Shown here piece by piece: positions 61,050-64,000 of a stretch of 64,000 nucleotides of DNA. The DNA lies in the NCBI GenBank assembly GCA_951406725.2, contig OX597835.1, positions 41,664,001-41,728,000 of the forward strand, in the 5' to 3' direction. The notes under the pieces were generated by a model, which worked only from the letters and a program-made list of their open reading frames with translations, was not told the origin of the DNA and did no database searches. The stretch comes from Octopus vulgaris (lineage: Eukaryota). Position numbers and translations under genes: made by a program. How positions within the stretch are numbered: position 1 is the stretch's first letter; the number at the start of each line of letters is the position of its first letter.

Positions 61050-63350
61050 TTGACAGATGAGGTTGCTAGGGACCCCCCTCCATAACGTCCACTCTCTTAC
61101 TTTAGAAGCAGACCGCCGAGAGGAGGTAGTGAGGGTATCAAGCCTCTCTCCTGCAGGGAACAAATTTTTGGTGCCTATTCCCTGCTCGTCATGCTCCATA
61201 GCCTGTCCGCTATGTCCTCGGTGCTTCTCTTCTCCCCAACGATGGGGAGAACATATAGAATGTGGACACGGCATTAAATCAGTCTACAGATGCAGTAAAT
61301 GTGGTAGGGAAAGCGGGCACCTCCATTCTATGAGGTGCCACACCAGCCTATGTAGTGGTGCATCTGGTGCTACTCAATCTCTCTTCCAATGTGACCACTG
61401 CAGTCATTCTTTTTTTGACGGCTGCAGGCTGATCTCACAATGAACGCCACAAACATCCTGTGGCTGCGAATGCACGCACAATGGCTGCTCATAAAGAGCA
61501 GCTGGCGAAGAAACGTGCGGATTGGGCAGCCACTGCCAAGGCCGAAGATGCAGAGGCTGCTGGTCAGATGAAGAAGTAGCAGTCCTCGTCGAGAAGGAGG
61601 CCGAGTTCTTGGCGGCAGGGGTTAGGTTAATCAATGCGCCCATTGCACTGTCCTTACCAGGCAAAACAGCCAAACAGGTAGTGTCCAAGAGGGAAGCCCT
61701 GGTCAAAAGGACACGTGAGAGTCATCAAGAGTCAGGGCGGTCCATGACTGATTCCCAACCATGTTGAGGGAGGACCTCCGTCTTGTTCAGACTGGAAGGA
61801 TCGCTACCTCGACGCTGCATGTCCTGGGCATACTCGTTGGTCTGCGGTCTTCTTTGAGGCCCTATTGGAACTTGTGGAAGACGGGACAACAACTGCCTGG
61901 GACTCTTTTGTTAGTACAGTCGAGGACTGGGTGGAGCACTGCAAGATGTGCAGGGAAAATGCTGCCGGGGGGAAATAGTGTGGATAGGGTAGCTGCAAAG
62001 TTCAATTTTCGGCAGCGGGGTAAGCTTCGTAGATATGCCCACCACCAGACATTATACAAGAAAGCTAGGAAGAGGCTCCTTGCAGTTGTATTAGGTGAGG
62101 ATGCGGAGCAGGGATGCCCTATCCATATGCCTGCTATAGAAGAATTCTATAAGGGTAGGCTTTCCTCTCCAGGCCCTGAGGTCGATCTCTCCGACTACAC
62201 TTCCTCCTCCCTGGTTGAGAACGGTCCTATTTTGCGGCCGTTCTCGATGGAGGTTTAAATTAGTCGGAGACATATCAATATTTCCTCAGTGGCGGGTCCC
62301 GATGGTCTCACAATTTCTGAAGTCAAGTCCATGGACCCCTCTATCCTCATGAATATTTGCAACTGCACATTGCTGGCTGGTAAAGTACCCGATATCCTGG
62401 TGGCCTTCATGAGTCTCTCCAAGGCTTTTGATACAGTCTCGCACTCTTTAGTGTATGTGGGACTGTGAAGACTTGGGTTCCACAAGCACATTATAGCACT
62501 CGTGGAAGGGATCTATGAAGGCAGTACTACCAGATTCTCAGTCGGTAGGCAAGTAAGTGAACCCATCGAGATTCACCGGGGTGTTAGGCAAGGTGATGCG
62601 CTCTCACCAATCCTCTTTAACATTGCAGCTGACCCACTGTTAGATGTGTTATCGTGCAGCAGGGAATTGCATGTTGAGGGAATCCAGATGGATGGAATCG
62701 CATACGCGGATGACTTGGTCCTGGTCGCTGTGTCACGCGGTGGTCTCCAGGCTCTTATTGATAGATGCTTGGAGTTCTGTCACGCAGTTGGACTGGGACT
62801 TAATGTCAGTAAGTGTGCATGGTTCACCATCTGTGGCTGGGGCAAACCCTATCTTGTCGATCATAGCACTCTGCTGAGCATCAATGGTGTCGCCTTAAAA
62901 CAAGTAGAACTGGGGGAGAGAGTATCCTACCTAGGACTAAATATTCCCACATGGAGTTCGAACTCAAGTCGGGAATTTACTTTAGATTCAGTGGAGCAGG
63001 TGTCACTGGATATCAATAAGATATGCAGGGCTCTGCTGAAACCCCAACAGAAACTCCTCTTGCTGCAGCAATATTACCTGCCAAGATTTTGTTATAGTCT
63101 TGTGCAGGTACTGCCATCAAGAGGTATTCTTGAGAGACTTGACACGGTCATCCGCGTGGGGGCGAGGAAGACGTTGCATCTCCCTGAAAATACTTCCTCT
63201 TCCTTCCTATATAGCAGCCAGTATGATGGCGGGTTGAGTCTTCACCAAATGGTAAGACCGATATGCAAATGTGTCATCCACCGTAATCTTCACTTACTGA
63301 CCTCTGGGTATGTCTCTGTTAGAATGGTTGATGATTCTGCAGGATTAAAG
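61050..63350 (+). mobile_element. Second, more degenerate R2-like element (internal and 3' deletions)
   Basis: CPLCPRCF...H...H, CSKC...H...C, CDHC; WSDEEVAVLVEKE Myb; SVAGPDG; SKAFDTVSH; GVRQGDALSPILFN; AYADDL; LKPQQKLLLLQQYYLP; LHLPENT...DGGLSL. RT motifs WRP and QRGF are deleted near 62399. Confidence 0.85.
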
Positions 63351-64000
63351 ATAACCACCTCTAGCCCCTGCAGCAACACGAAAAGCCACCATTATTCAAA
63401 TAGCGCAACCTGTCTATCCCATAAAACTCAATTTTTCCCATATTCCTCACCATGGCAACCAATCAGTAGCTCCGAGCAACTTGCCCCCCCCCCCCGTGTA
63501 AATTTTGGCGCCAATCTGACCCCATCTACCACCCTTTAAACCATTCCCATCCCAAAATGAGACAAATAACCAAGAAATCAAACAACTTTTTCGCATTTCT
63601 GCTTTATATATATTGATGATGATTATATATATGCACATATATATATATATATATACACATTATATATATATATATATTTATATACACACACATATATATA
63701 AATTAACACAATATATCTAATTAATATCTGTTATGATTGTGCGGTGATGGTGGGCGATAATAATTCACCATTCTAAAAGACAGGAATATTTAAACTTTTG
63801 CAGCTGTCAACACTTTCTCTCTATAGATATAGACATAGAGTGAGAGAGGTGGTGGGAAAAAGAGTGACAGACAGCGAAGGCAGAGAAGGAATGAGTGGAA
63901 GGTGTCAAATGTCGTTATAGAGAGAAAGTGAAGTGAAGGGAAGGAAGAAAAGAGAGAGATCAAGGAAGACAGGGTGATATCCGAAAGTGAGAAATGACAA

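Overview
AT-rich, repeat-dense animal DNA. The SINE families and (CAT)n-tailed repeats suggest an octopus/cephalopod, which is an inference. One complete host gene lies on the minus strand: POLR3E (RPC5/Sin, RNA polymerase III subunit), read by hand as 18 GT-AG coding exons from 46346 to 9016 (2067 nt, 688 aa, all phases consistent). The left edge holds a young Penelope-like (Naiad-type) RT/GIY-YIG element with an apparently perfect inverted 3' duplication, followed by a hammerhead ribozyme; further hammerhead motifs occur at about 3.9, 7.2 and 17.8 kb. The POLR3E introns carry many tRNA-derived SINEs, MITEs, a deleted mariner, RTE fragments, and an antisense, intron-containing tRNA-Lys(UUU)-like gene. 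The right end (about 54.9-63.4 kb) is a non-LTR retrotransposon cluster. It has two head-to-head R2-like elements (3 zinc fingers, Myb, RT) outside rDNA. One sits inside a Tx1/L1-type shell and is joined to that element's C-terminus at roughly the equivalent point of the RT thumb. All calls come from manual reading; no searches or folding programs were run.
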